DNA of 64,000 nucleotides from an uncultured Chloroflexia bacterium (lineage in GTDB: Bacteria > Chloroflexota > Limnocylindria > Limnocylindrales > CSP1-4), in assembly GCA_963750125.1 (NCBI GenBank), contig CAVVPT010000010.1, forward strand, positions 16,147 through 80,146, read 5' to 3'. Shown here in pieces: positions 10,324-19,257 of the stretch (positions are counted from its first letter, which is position 1; each line of letters starts with the position of its first letter). A model generated the notes under the pieces. That model made no database searches. It had not been told where the DNA came from and saw only the letters and a program-made list of their open reading frames with translations. Both the position numbers and the translations under genes were made by a program.

Positions 10324-11970
10324 TCAGCTCCCGGCGCGGGCCAACGCGTCCGTCACGAGCTGTTGGGCTTCGTCGATCAGTTGGACGAGGTGGTCCTCGC
10401 CGCGGAAGCTCTCCGCGTAGACTTTGTAGACGTCCTCGGTCCCGGACGGCCTCGCAGCGAACCAGCCCGATTTCGTCGCGACCTTGAGGCCGCCGATCGG
10501 GGCGCCGTTCCCAGGGGCCGTTGTGAGGATCGCGCTGATCGGTTCGCCGGCAAGGGTGGCGGCACGCACCGCGTCCGGTGCCAGCCGGCCCAGCACTGCC
10601 TTCTCTGCAGGCGTCGCGCGCGCGTCGATCCGGCGGTAGGCGGGCGACCCGAAGCGCGCAGTGAGCTCCGCGTATGCGGCACCCGGATCCCGCCCGGTCC
10701 GCGCCGTCAGCTCGGCAGTCAGCAGGCACGCGATGATGCCGTCCTTGTCGGTGGTCCACACCGTCCCGTCGCGGCGCAGGAACGACGCCCCGGCACTCTC
10801 CTCGCCTCCGAAGCCCACCGTCCCGTCGACGAGCCCGTCGACGAACCACTTGAAGCCGACCGGAACCTCCAGGAGGGGCCGTCCGAGGTCCGCGGTCACA
10901 CGGTCGATCATCGCGCTCGACACGAGCGTCTTGCCGACAGCGACCTTGGCGTCCCAGACGCGACCGCCGCCGAACAGATACCCGACCGCTGTCGACAGGA
11001 CGTGATTCGGGTTGAGCAGCCCGTTGGACGGCGTGACGATCCCATGGCGGTCGGCGTCGGCGTCGTTCCCGAACGCGATGTCGAAGCGATCACGCAACCC
11101 GACCAGGCGGGCCATGGCGTAGGGCGACGACGGATCCATCCGGATGCGCCCGTCCCAGTCGACGGTCATGAACCCGAACTGCGGGTCGACGACATCGTTC
11201 GTCACGGTCAGGTCGATGCCGTAGCGCTCCGCGATGGCCGGCCAGTAGTCGACTGAAGCACCCCCGAGCGGGTCGACCCCGATGCGCAGGCCCGACGAGC
11301 GAATCGCGTCCATGTCGAGGACCGAGTCGAGATCGTCAACGTAGCGCGCAACGAAGTCGTAGCGGCCTGCCCGGGCGATCGCGCGCTCGAACGGCAGTCG
11401 TTCGATCTTCTCGACCCCGGACTCGAGGAGGCGGTTTGCTTCCCCCTGGATCCAGCCGGTCACATCGGTGTCGGCCGGACCGCCGTTCGGCGGGTTGTAT
11501 TTGAAGCCGCCGTCCTCGGGCGGGTTGTGCGATGGCGTGACCACGATGCCATCGGCCAGCCCGCCGTGCCGGCCGCGATTGTGGGCCAGGATGGCGTGGG
11601 ACAGCGCCGGCGTCGGTGCCGGGCGGTCCGCGGTGTCGACCAGGACGTCGACACCTCCCGCCACGAGAACTTCGACGGCGGTCCGCGTGGCGGGCTCCGA
11701 GAGCGCGTGCGTGTCACGGGCTAAGAACAGCGGCCCGTCGATGCCCTGCGTGCGGCGATAACGCGCGACGGCTTCGCTCGTGGCGAGGATGTGCGCCTCG
11801 TTGAACGACGTGCGAAACGAGGAACCGCGGTGCCCCGACGTGCCGAATGCAATCCGCTGGCCGGCGACCGCCGGGTCCGGCACCTCGTCGTGGTACGCGG
11901 CGAGCAGGCGCCCGACGTCGACGAGCGCAGCCGGATCGGCCGGCTGTCCGGCCCGGGTGTCGACGGTCAT
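10324..11970 (-). CDS. pgm: Phosphoglucomutase, alpha-D-glucose phosphate-specific
   Basis: TSGHRG active-site Ser loop. GGEESAG sugar-binding loop. ~548 aa, Pgm-like along the full length. Confidence 0.9.
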   Translation of the reverse strand: MTVDTRAGQPADPAALVDVGRLLAAYHDEVPDPAVAGQRIAFGTSGHRGSSFRTSFNEAHILATSEAVARYRRTQGIDGPLFLARDTHALSEPATRTAVEVLVAGGVDVLVDTADRPAPTPALSHAILAHNRGRHGGLADGIVVTPSHNPPEDGGFKYNPPNGGPADTDVTGWIQGEANRLLESGVEKIERLPFERAIARAGRYDFVARYVDDLDSVLDMDAIRSSGLRIGVDPLGGASVDYWPAIAERYGIDLTVTNDVVDPQFGFMTVDWDGRIRMDPSSPYAMARLVGLRDRFDIAFGNDADADRHGIVTPSNGLLNPNHVLSTAVGYLFGGGRVWDAKVAVGKTLVSSAMIDRVTADLGRPLLEVPVGFKWFVDGLVDGTVGFGGEESAGASFLRRDGTVWTTDKDGIIACLLTAELTARTGRDPGAAYAELTARFGSPAYRRIDARATPAEKAVLGRLAPDAVRAATLAGEPISAILTTAPGNGAPIGGLKVATKSGWFAARPSGTEDVYKVYAESFRGEDHLVQLIDEAQQLVTDALARAGS

Positions 11971-12293
11971 CGGTCCGCACCCGGTGGCCGGGAGCCCGTG
12001 GCGTGGCGCAGGAACCGGTACTCGGGGTGGCCGACGCCGATGATCACGATCCAGACAAGGCCACCGAGCAGCCGCACGGCGGTGGCCCCCGGCCCATCCT
12101 GGCCCATCGCGAGCGCGACGGCATGCACGCCCATCGCGGCGACGAGCACGATCGTTGCCAGGAAACCGAGCCGGAGCGCGAGCGGTTCAGCGCCCAATTC
12201 GGCGAGGGTTGGCCGGGCCCGTCGAACCCAGAACCAGCTCGCTGCGATCATCACGACGGCGTCGAACAGGAGCTGGACGGTCGTACCGGTCAT
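11967..12293 (-). CDS. Small membrane protein (hypothetical)
   Basis: Three predicted TM helices. 4-nt overlap (ATGA) with the pgm start suggests co-transcription. Confidence 0.4.
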   Translation of the reverse strand: MTGTTVQLLFDAVVMIAASWFWVRRARPTLAELGAEPLALRLGFLATIVLVAAMGVHAVALAMGQDGPGATAVRLLGGLVWIVIIGVGHPEYRFLRHATGSRPPGADR

Positions 12294-12654
12294 TGTCGAC
12301 AGGATAGCCGCGAGTCAGCCGGCCTGGACGCCCCCAAAGCGACGGACGATCTCGCGGAGCTGGGGGTCGCGCCAGGTGTGCGCCGGCAGCGTCATCTGGG
12401 CACGATCCCCTACCCGCCGCACTTCGATGTCACCCCAGGTCTGGGCGGTGTACAGGCGCTTCAGCTCGGCGGCGGCACCGTACGCGTTGGCGGCGGCAAC
12501 GAAAACGATGGTCACCAAAGATTGCTGCTCTCCCTCCGAGTTGTGTGACGGGCTTGACTGCCATGCGGACGGACCGGCCGATCCTTCGAACTGGAGCCTG
12601 ACGGGTCACGGGTGACAGGAACGTGAATGCATGGCGCGATCGGGCGACAGCCCG

Positions 12655-12692
12655 GAAAAGATCAGCGCCCGGGCCACTGGCTCGGGCGCTGC
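12655..12692 (-). terminator. Putative intrinsic terminator downstream of the GlsB-family gene
   Basis: 9-bp GC stem CAGCGCCCG..CGGGCGCTG followed on the minus strand by AUCUUUUCC. Confidence 0.45.
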
Positions 12693-12713
12693 GTCTGTCA
12701 CGGTGCTGGAGCG

Positions 12714-12995
12714 TCAGACCGCCCCGCGTCCCGATCCACTCCTGCTGGTGAAGAAGTTGTAGGCGACGACCACGATTACCGCGCCGATCGTGGCGACGAT
12801 GATCGTGGGCACGTTGATTCCGGTGACGTAATCCGAACCCGGAAGCAGCAGGCCGGCGATGAACCCGCCGACCACCGCGCCGACGATCCCGAGCAGGACC
12901 CGACCGATGATCCCGAGGCCCTCGTCACCCGTGACGAGGAACCCTGCGAGGACGCCGGCGATCGCGCCGACGACGATCCATGCGACAATTCCCAT
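12714..12995 (-). CDS. GlsB/YeaQ/YmgE family stress-response membrane protein (transglycosylase-associated protein)
   Basis: MGIVAWIVVGAIAGVLAGFLV...GIIGRVLLGIVGAVVGGFIAG, the typical Gly-zipper TM pattern. ~93 aa from the internal ATG. Confidence 0.7.
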   Translation of the reverse strand: MGIVAWIVVGAIAGVLAGFLVTGDEGLGIIGRVLLGIVGAVVGGFIAGLLLPGSDYVTGINVPTIIVATIGAVIVVVAYNFFTSRSGSGRGAV

Positions 12996-13293
12996 TCTTG
13001 CTCCTTTTCTTCGGCGACGGGGCGGCCGCCGCCTTCGCATTCATTGCCCAATTGCCCCAGCAGAGCGTGCGCGATGCCCCATTGCGCGCCCGCCACAGCG
13101 CGGGTACCGGGAGATTGCGTGCGACTGACGAACGGGCCCGGTGGTGCACGAACGCCGCGCGCGCAGGTGCGACGCGCAATGGTTCTGCAATGTCGCCGCG
13201 CCGGGCACGGGGCGGACCGCAACCGGACGCTGGCGATCCTGAAGGTATTGGCCTCGGGTGACCGCGCGTCGTCGTCGCCCGAGTGGAGGAGAC

Positions 13294-13641
13294 ATGCCTG
13301 ATCGGCCAGCAACCGCCGCTACGGGCCCGCTCCTCCCCGAACTGCAGCCCGGGGAGGACGTGTGGGCCATGCTCGCGCTGCCTTCGCTCACGCTGCTCGC
13401 CACGGACCGACGGCTTCTCACGCGGAGCGGGGACCGCGTCGAGACCTGGGACTACCGGGCGATCACGCAGGTCGGCCCGGCCGGGATCGAGGGTGACGTG
13501 GTGATCTCGTTCCTCGACGGCCACCGGCCCCTGGTCGTTCACGCAAAGGGGGACGAAGGGGCGATGCAGGCACTCACCGTCATCGGGCTGCTGGTCGCCC
13601 AGTCGCGCCGCCTCGAACGCGTGCAGGCCGCGACGCGCTGA
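13294..13641 (+). CDS. Hypothetical protein (possible bacterial PH-domain-like)
   Basis: GGAGG + ATG at 13294 (MPDRPATAATGP...). No recognisable motif. Confidence 0.4.
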   Translation: MPDRPATAATGPLLPELQPGEDVWAMLALPSLTLLATDRRLLTRSGDRVETWDYRAITQVGPAGIEGDVVISFLDGHRPLVVHAKGDEGAMQALTVIGLLVAQSRRLERVQAATR

Positions 13642-13688
13642 GCTCGGCGCTGATCCCCGGCGCGCGCCCCGCATAGACTCGGGCGCAT

Positions 13689-14546
13689 ATGCATGAGCCC
13701 TCAGCCGAAACCGACGACATCCGCCCCGCCTCAGATAGCGAGCGAGCGGATGCGGCTGGCATGCACCGATCCAACCGCGCCGCATGGGACGAGGCCGCCG
13801 AACGCTATGAGCGCTGGCTGCCCGAGGCCATTGAGCTGATCAAGTCGGGAGGCAGCAACCTGTTCACCGTCGAGGAGGCGCTCATCGGGGACCTGCGCGG
13901 CAACTGCCGGCGCGCCGTACACCTGCAGTGCGCAGGCGGACGGGACACGCTGTCGCTCTGGAACCTGGGTGCGGACGAGGTCGTGGGCATCGATTTCAGC
14001 CCGCGAATGCTCGAGCTCGCAGGGAGGCTGTCCGAGGCCGTCGGTGCGCCGGCCCGCTGGATCCTGGCCGACGTCGTGGACACTCCGGCCGAGCTGGATG
14101 GCACGGCGAACCTTGTGTACACGGGCCGGGGGGCACTCATCTGGCTACACGACCTCGACGCGTGGGCCGCCGTGATCGCCCGCCTCCTCGCACCCGACGG
14201 CCGGCTCGTCCTGTTCGATGGCCACCCCGCCGAGTGGCTCTTCGATGGCGATGCCGACGGCCACTGGGTCGCCACCGGATACGACTATTTCGGCGGCGCG
14301 GAGGCGTCGCGCGGATGGGCGCCCGAGTACATCGACCGGTTGTCGATCCCCGACGCTGAACAGAGCTGGAAATTCGCCCGGGCTTGGACGATCGGTGAGG
14401 TGGTCACCGCACTCGTCGGCGCGGGGCTCCGGCTCGAGCGGCTCGCGGAACACTCAGTCGACTGGTGGGGCGGTCACCGCGACGTCCGGCCCGAGGAGCG
14501 CGGCCGCGTTCCGCTGTCGTTCTCGGTTGTCGCGAGGCGCGGCTGA
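13689..14546 (+). CDS. Class I SAM-dependent methyltransferase
   Basis: VVGIDFSPRMLELA and ILADVVD SAM-binding motifs (motif I/II-like) with a Rossmann-fold pattern. Confidence 0.75.
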   Translation: MHEPSAETDDIRPASDSERADAAGMHRSNRAAWDEAAERYERWLPEAIELIKSGGSNLFTVEEALIGDLRGNCRRAVHLQCAGGRDTLSLWNLGADEVVGIDFSPRMLELAGRLSEAVGAPARWILADVVDTPAELDGTANLVYTGRGALIWLHDLDAWAAVIARLLAPDGRLVLFDGHPAEWLFDGDADGHWVATGYDYFGGAEASRGWAPEYIDRLSIPDAEQSWKFARAWTIGEVVTALVGAGLRLERLAEHSVDWWGGHRDVRPEERGRVPLSFSVVARRG

Positions 14547-14555
14547 CGACCGCGT

Positions 14556-16514
14556 TCAGCGCTCCGGCCGGTCGCCCACCGATACCCAGGCCTGGTCGAG
14601 CGCGACCTGGATGACTGATGACCGTTCGGCGACGAGCGCCTGTCGAAGGGCCGGCTCGAACTCGTCGTCGCGCTCCACGACGGCGCCCCGCGCGCCAAAG
14701 GCGCGGGCAATGGCGGCGAAATCCACAGGACCGAGCTCGGTCGCGACACCCTGGCCGCTGCCGCGCCGCTCCTGCCACATCCGGATCGTGCCGTACCGCT
14801 GGTTGTCGAACACCACGACGATCACACGGGCCCGCTCGCGCACGGCGGTTTCGAGCTCGGCGAGCGTCATCCCGAGACCACCGTCACCCACGAGCGCCAC
14901 CGCCGGGCGATCGCGGTGGACGAGCGCAGCGGCGATCGCGGCCGGCAGCCCATAGCCCATCGCCCCCGATGTCGGACCCAGGAACGTGCCCGGCTTGCGG
15001 AAGCGGAACCCGCGGTTCAGCCAGCCCGCGAAGTTGCCGGCGTCGCTCGTCACGATCGCGTCGTCGGGCAGCACCCGGCGAAGAGTCGCGATCGCCCGTC
15101 CCGGGTGGACGCCCGGTCCGTCCCACGCACCGTAGTCGACGATCGTGGCCGCCTCCCAGGCAGCCCGGTCTGCCTCGTTTCGGGCCTGCCGTTCGTCGAC
15201 TGACGCGACGTCGAGCACCGCGTGGTTCAGGAGCCGGTCGATCGAAGCGCGGAGGAACGACCGTGCGTCGCTGGCGATCGAGAGCGAAGGCGCGGGCAGG
15301 CCCGGCGGCACGCGAGGATCGATGTCGACGTGTGCCCAGCTGCTCGCGGCCGCCGGGACGTTGTATCCAAAGGTCGTCGTCTCGGACAGGCGGCAACCGA
15401 GGACGAGGAGCGCGTCCGCGGCCTCGATCCGCTCGCGCACGATCTCGGGCGCGCCGAGGCCGGCCATGCCCAGATAGAGCGGGTTCTCGTTCGAGATCAC
15501 GTCCCCGCGGCGCCACGAGGCAACGACCGGGACGCGCAGCAGCTCCGCGAAGCGCGTCAGGTCGGTCGAGGTGCGGGCACGGAGGACGCCCGCCCCGGCC
15601 AGGATCAGAGGCCGCTCCGCAGCCGTGAGCAGCCGGAGCACGGCACGGACGTCATCGTCGGTCGGCCGGGCCGTCGGCGGTCGGCTGAGCTCGACCCGGG
15701 TTTCCGCCGGGACGGTCTCATCGAGCAGGTCCTCGGGCAGCGACAGCAGGACGGGACCCGGCCGGCCACCGAGCGCCTGCCGAACGGCTTCCGGGAGCGC
15801 GCTCGCAAGTTCATCGACGGATGAAGGCTCGGCGCTCCACTTGGCCAGCCGCCCGAAGGACTCGGTCTGGTCGACCTCCTGGAATGCCTCCCGGCCGCGA
15901 TAGGTGCGCTCGACCTGGCCGACGATCGCGAACATCGGCGTGGAGTCCTGCATCGCGGTGTGGATCCCGATCGCAAGGTTCGCCGCTCCGACCGCTCGCG
16001 TCCCGAGGCATGCCGCCGGTCGCCCGGTCAGCTGGCCGTAGGCCTCCGCCATGAAGGCCGCCGCACCCTCGTGGCGAGTCGCAACGACCCGGATCCCCAC
16101 ATCGCCGAGCGCCTCGAGGACGCCGAGGAAGCTCTCCCCGGGGACGGTGAACGCGTACCGGACACCGGCGGCGCGCAGGGCCTCGGCCACGAGATGACCG
16201 GCCGAACGCGGCTGTGGCGGTGCCTCGATCGCGGCCGACTCGGCTGCGACAGCTGCCTCCTCGGCCGGCCGGCGGACGTGCTCATCCGGCTCGGGCTCAT
16301 CGGCGTCCGGCTCGAGCTCATCGGCGTCCGGCTCCGAAACCTCGGGTTCGACCGCCGGTGGCGCCTCGAATCGAGATGGTGCGTCGAGGGCCGGGCTCAG
16401 ATCGAATTCGTGCGGTTCGGGCGCCGGCGGCGCCTCGAGGGTCGGGTTCTGCTCCGCCGGGGCGGGCTCGAGATCGTTGATCTCGAGCGGGGCGGCCGGC
16501 TGCTGCGGTTCGGT
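14556..16514 (-). CDS. Thiamine-diphosphate-dependent enzyme of the acetolactate synthase large-subunit family with a ~110-aa acidic Pro-rich N-terminal extension
   Basis: Pyr, central and PP domains are present (GDGGLGMTLAELETA TPP motif). No ilvN or ilvC nearby. The true start is probably GTG (~16514) after a GGAG. The Ser-rich first 40 aa of the track ORF are antisense to a small membrane ORF. Confidence 0.8.
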   Translation of the reverse strand, partial: TEPQQPAAPLEINDLEPAPAEQNPTLEAPPAPEPHEFDLSPALDAPSRFEAPPAVEPEVSEPDADELEPDADEPEPDEHVRRPAEEAAVAAESAAIEAPPQPRSAGHLVAEALRAAGVRYAFTVPGESFLGVLEALGDVGIRVVATRHEGAAAFMAEAYGQLTGRPAACLGTRAVGAANLAIGIHTAMQDSTPMFAIVGQVERTYRGREAFQEVDQTESFGRLAKWSAEPSSVDELASALPEAVRQALGGRPGPVLLSLPEDLLDETVPAETRVELSRPPTARPTDDDVRAVLRLLTAAERPLILAGAGVLRARTSTDLTRFAELLRVPVVASWRRGDVISNENPLYLGMAGLGAPEIVRERIEAADALLVLGCRLSETTTFGYNVPAAASSWAHVDIDPRVPPGLPAPSLSIASDARSFLRASIDRLLNHAVLDVASVDERQARNEADRAAWEAATIVDYGAWDGPGVHPGRAIATLRRVLPDDAIVTSDAGNFAGWLNRGFRFRKPGTFLGPTSGAMGYGLPAAIAAALVHRDRPAVALVGDGGLGMTLAELETAVRERARVIVVVFDNQRYGTIRMWQERRGSGQGVATELGPVDFAAIARAFGARGAVVERDDEFEPALRQALVAERSSVIQVALDQAWVSVGDRPER

Positions 16515-16545
16515 CACGACACGCTCCTGAAGGGATTTGCGGGCG

Positions 16546-16647
16546 CTACAGGGCCATCGGCGCGATGACGGCGGACAGGATGAGCCCGAAGATGACGACG
16601 ATGACCACCACGAACATGACGACGCGGCTGACGCGCTCACTCGGCAT
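16546..16647 (-). CDS. 33-aa single-TM membrane peptide (MPSERVSRVVMFVVVIVVIFGLILSAVIAPMAL), not in the ORF track as a separate gene
   Basis: ATG-started ORF lying between the yajQ stop and the ALS-like gene start. Its strongly hydrophobic helix explains the nonsense Ser/Trp-rich N-terminus of the overlapping 694-aa track ORF. Confidence 0.5.
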   Translation of the reverse strand: MPSERVSRVVMFVVVIVVIFGLILSAVIAPMAL

Positions 16648-16658
16648 TGACGTTGCCC

Positions 16659-17150
16659 TCAGCGGTAGTTCTGGAACTGGAGGGGAACCGGCTCGTCGAG
16701 CTCGCGCAGGCGGGTGATCACCTTCTGCAGGTCGTCCTTGCTCTTGCCCGACACCCGGACCGAGTCGCCCTGGATCTGCGACTTGACCTTCGGGAACTCG
16801 TCGCGGATCAGCTTCGTCAGCCGCTTCGCCAGGTCGTCAGGCAGGCCGCGCCGCAACCCGATCTCCTGGCGGACCCTTTTCCCGCCTGCCGGTTCGACCG
16901 TGCCCCAGTCGAAGATCTTGAGCGACAGGTTGCGGCGGATCGCCTTCGATTCGATGAGGTCACGAACGGCGGCGGCACGATGCTCGTCGTCGGTGAGCAG
17001 GGTCAGCTCGGTCTTGCTCTGGGTGATCTCGACGGTGACGCCCTTGAAATCGTAGCGCTGCTGGACTTCGCGACGCACCTGGTCCAGCGCGTTGCGCAGC
17101 TCCTGCTCGTCGAAGTCGCTGACGACGTCGAAGGAACTCTCCCCTGCCAT
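16659..17150 (-). CDS. yajQ: YajQ family nucleotide-binding protein (UPF0234)
   Basis: MAGESSFDVVSDFDEQELRNALDQ... 163 aa, colinear with YajQ. Strong GGAGGAGG RBS before the ATG at 17150. The remainder of the 490-aa track ORF is Arg-rich garbage. Confidence 0.85.
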   Translation of the reverse strand: MAGESSFDVVSDFDEQELRNALDQVRREVQQRYDFKGVTVEITQSKTELTLLTDDEHRAAAVRDLIESKAIRRNLSLKIFDWGTVEPAGGKRVRQEIGLRRGLPDDLAKRLTKLIRDEFPKVKSQIQGDSVRVSGKSKDDLQKVITRLRELDEPVPLQFQNYR

Positions 17151-17185
17151 GGATCCTCCTCCTGCGGCACGCCAGTATGCCCGGA

Positions 17186-18766
17186 TCAGCCGGTTCGAGG
17201 CGACCCCAGCCGTTCGAGGAGCAGTTCCGCGATGCGGTAGCTCCGGCCGCCGCCCATGACGAGCACGGTGTCCCCGCTGCGGACCTCTCCGGCCAGCCAC
17301 GCCGCGGTGTCCTCCACGGATCCCGGGGCCGCGACCGGGATCCCGGGGCGGCGAGCCGCGACGGCCTCGGCGAGGCCCGCTGCAGAAGCAATGGTCGTGT
17401 CCGGGTCGCGACCTGCCCATATGTCGGCCACCGCCACGGCGTCCGCGCCGGCGAGGACCGCCGCGAATTGGTCCAGCATGGCCGCCGTACGGTGGAAGGT
17501 CAGTGGCTCGTACACGGCCCACAGCCGGCGGCCAGGTTCGCGCTGGCGCAACGCGCCGATCGTTTCGCGGATCGCCGTCGGATGGTGCCCGTAGTCGTCG
17601 TACACGGTGACGCCGCCCGCCTCGCCCTTCCGTTCGAGGCGCCGTCCGACGCCGACGAACGAGGCTGCGGCGGCGAGCACGGCGTCCGAAGGGATGTCCA
17701 GCGCACGTGCCGCAGCGACGACGCCCAGCGCATTGGCGACGTTGTGGCGCCCCGCCGTCGCAAGGCGAATGGTGCGAGGCTCGCCGAGGAGCGCGCGACT
17801 GAAGAGCTCGACCGTCGTGCCCTCGCTGTCGGCCTCCGCGATCCGGGCGAGGAGGACCGGCACGGGATCCGGCCCTTCGGCGAACTCCTCGGCGAGTCCA
17901 CGGGCGAAGCCGTCGAGTCGCTGCGAAGAGGCGTCGATCACCGCGGTGAGGACCAGCCTCCCTGTCCACGAGCCGACGAGGCGGCGTCCGAGCGCCGCCA
18001 CGTTGGGGTCGCCGACATTGGCAATGAGCGTCGGGCCGGGGCCGCTCCGGCCGGCCGCAGCGGACCGGACCCACGTCTCGAATGCGCCGCTCACGGCGGC
18101 GGTGTCGGCGAACACGTCGGGGTGATCCCACTCGACCGAGGTCAGCACGGTGAGGTCCGGCCGATACGGGTCGAAGTTGCCGGCGTACTCGTCTGCCTCG
18201 ACGACGAACGGCCCCGGGCCCCAGCGGGCCGTGGCAGGCGCTCCACCGGTCACCGAAGTCGGCAGCAGTGCGCCGACGAACGCCGCGGGATCGGCACCGG
18301 CCGCCACGAGGGTATGGACGAGCCAGCCCGAGGTGGTGCTCTTGCCGTGCGTCCCGGCTACCGCCACGAGCGTCCGTCCCGCCGCCGCGTCCGCAACCAC
18401 CTGCTGCCAGGGCTCCAGCGGGATTCGCGCCGCACGGGCGGCGACGAGCTCCGGGTGGTCGGGGTCGACTGCGGTGAGGGCCTTCGTGACCGCTAGCCGG
18501 TGCGGCCGCTCCGGGCCGGTAACGTGCGCGGGATCATGCGCCCAGGCAAGCGGTATCCCGGCCGACTGGAGTGCCGGCGTGTACTGCGACGGGCCACCGG
18601 GATCACAGCCGCTCGCGGTCCCACCCGCGCGTTGGGCGAGGAGTGCCGCGGCGCTCGCCCCGGCCCCCGCGGCGCCGACCACGTGGATCCGCTCACCGGC
18701 AACGATCGGCCGGGCGGCGCGCGTGCGGGCGAGGCCCGACCCGACGGCCGCGGCGTCACGCGTCAC
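17186..18766 (-). CDS. Mur ligase of the MurC/Mpl type (UDP-N-acetylmuramate--L-alanine ligase-like)
   Basis: N-terminal Rossmann HVVGAAGAGASAAALL...GCD. P-loop GTHGKSTTS. C-terminal VYDDYGHHPTAI. Not located in a dcw cluster. Confidence 0.75.
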   Translation of the reverse strand: MTRDAAAVGSGLARTRAARPIVAGERIHVVGAAGAGASAAALLAQRAGGTASGCDPGGPSQYTPALQSAGIPLAWAHDPAHVTGPERPHRLAVTKALTAVDPDHPELVAARAARIPLEPWQQVVADAAAGRTLVAVAGTHGKSTTSGWLVHTLVAAGADPAAFVGALLPTSVTGGAPATARWGPGPFVVEADEYAGNFDPYRPDLTVLTSVEWDHPDVFADTAAVSGAFETWVRSAAAGRSGPGPTLIANVGDPNVAALGRRLVGSWTGRLVLTAVIDASSQRLDGFARGLAEEFAEGPDPVPVLLARIAEADSEGTTVELFSRALLGEPRTIRLATAGRHNVANALGVVAAARALDIPSDAVLAAAASFVGVGRRLERKGEAGGVTVYDDYGHHPTAIRETIGALRQREPGRRLWAVYEPLTFHRTAAMLDQFAAVLAGADAVAVADIWAGRDPDTTIASAAGLAEAVAARRPGIPVAAPGSVEDTAAWLAGEVRSGDTVLVMGGGRSYRIAELLLERLGSPRTG

Positions 18767-19251
18767 GAGCCGAGCCGTTCGAGCAGCAGGTCGAGCGCGG
18801 CAACCGCGCTGTCGCGCTTGTTGGCTGAGCGGTCACCGGTCCACAGGTGGCGCCGGACGTCGGCGCCCGCCTCATCGGCCACCGCGACGTACGTGAGCCC
18901 CACGGGCTTCTCGTCGCTCCCGCCGCCGGGTCCGGCGACGCCCGTGATCGACACGGCGATCGTCGCCGCGAGCCGCTCCCGTGCGCCTTCGGCCATGGCT
19001 CGCGCGACCTGGGCCGACACAGCGCCGTGCGAGGCGAGGAGCTCAACGGAAACGCCGAGCTGCTCACGCTTGGCGTTGTCGGCGTACGTGACGAAGCCGC
19101 CGAGGAAGTACGCGCTGGAGCCGGCGACCTCGGTGATCGCGTGGGCCACGAGGCCGCCGGTGCACGACTCGGCGGTGGCGACCGTCAGACCGCGGTCGAC
19201 GCAGACAAAGAACAGGCGCTCGGCCAGGGCGACGAGGCGATCGTCGGTCAC
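18763..19251 (-). CDS. CinA C-terminal domain protein / NMN amidohydrolase PncC
   Basis: LTVATAESCTGGLVA...AVSITGVAGPGGG, typical CinA_C. 4-nt overlap with the upstream gene. Confidence 0.8.
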   Translation of the reverse strand: MTDDRLVALAERLFFVCVDRGLTVATAESCTGGLVAHAITEVAGSSAYFLGGFVTYADNAKREQLGVSVELLASHGAVSAQVARAMAEGARERLAATIAVSITGVAGPGGGSDEKPVGLTYVAVADEAGADVRRHLWTGDRSANKRDSAVAALDLLLERLGS

Positions 19252-19257
19252 CGGCTG

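Noticed and set aside
14556-16640. Ser/Trp-rich N-terminus (MSASAASSCSWWSSSSSS) taken as a signal or low-complexity domain of the TPP enzyme
   Set aside because: It is the antisense image of the hydrophobic helix of the 33-aa mini-ORF. The enzyme more likely starts at GTG ~16514.
16659-18131. 490-aa ORF
   Set aside because: Only the last 163 codons (YajQ) are real. The first 327 codons are Arg-rich and overlap the MurC-like gene in another frame.
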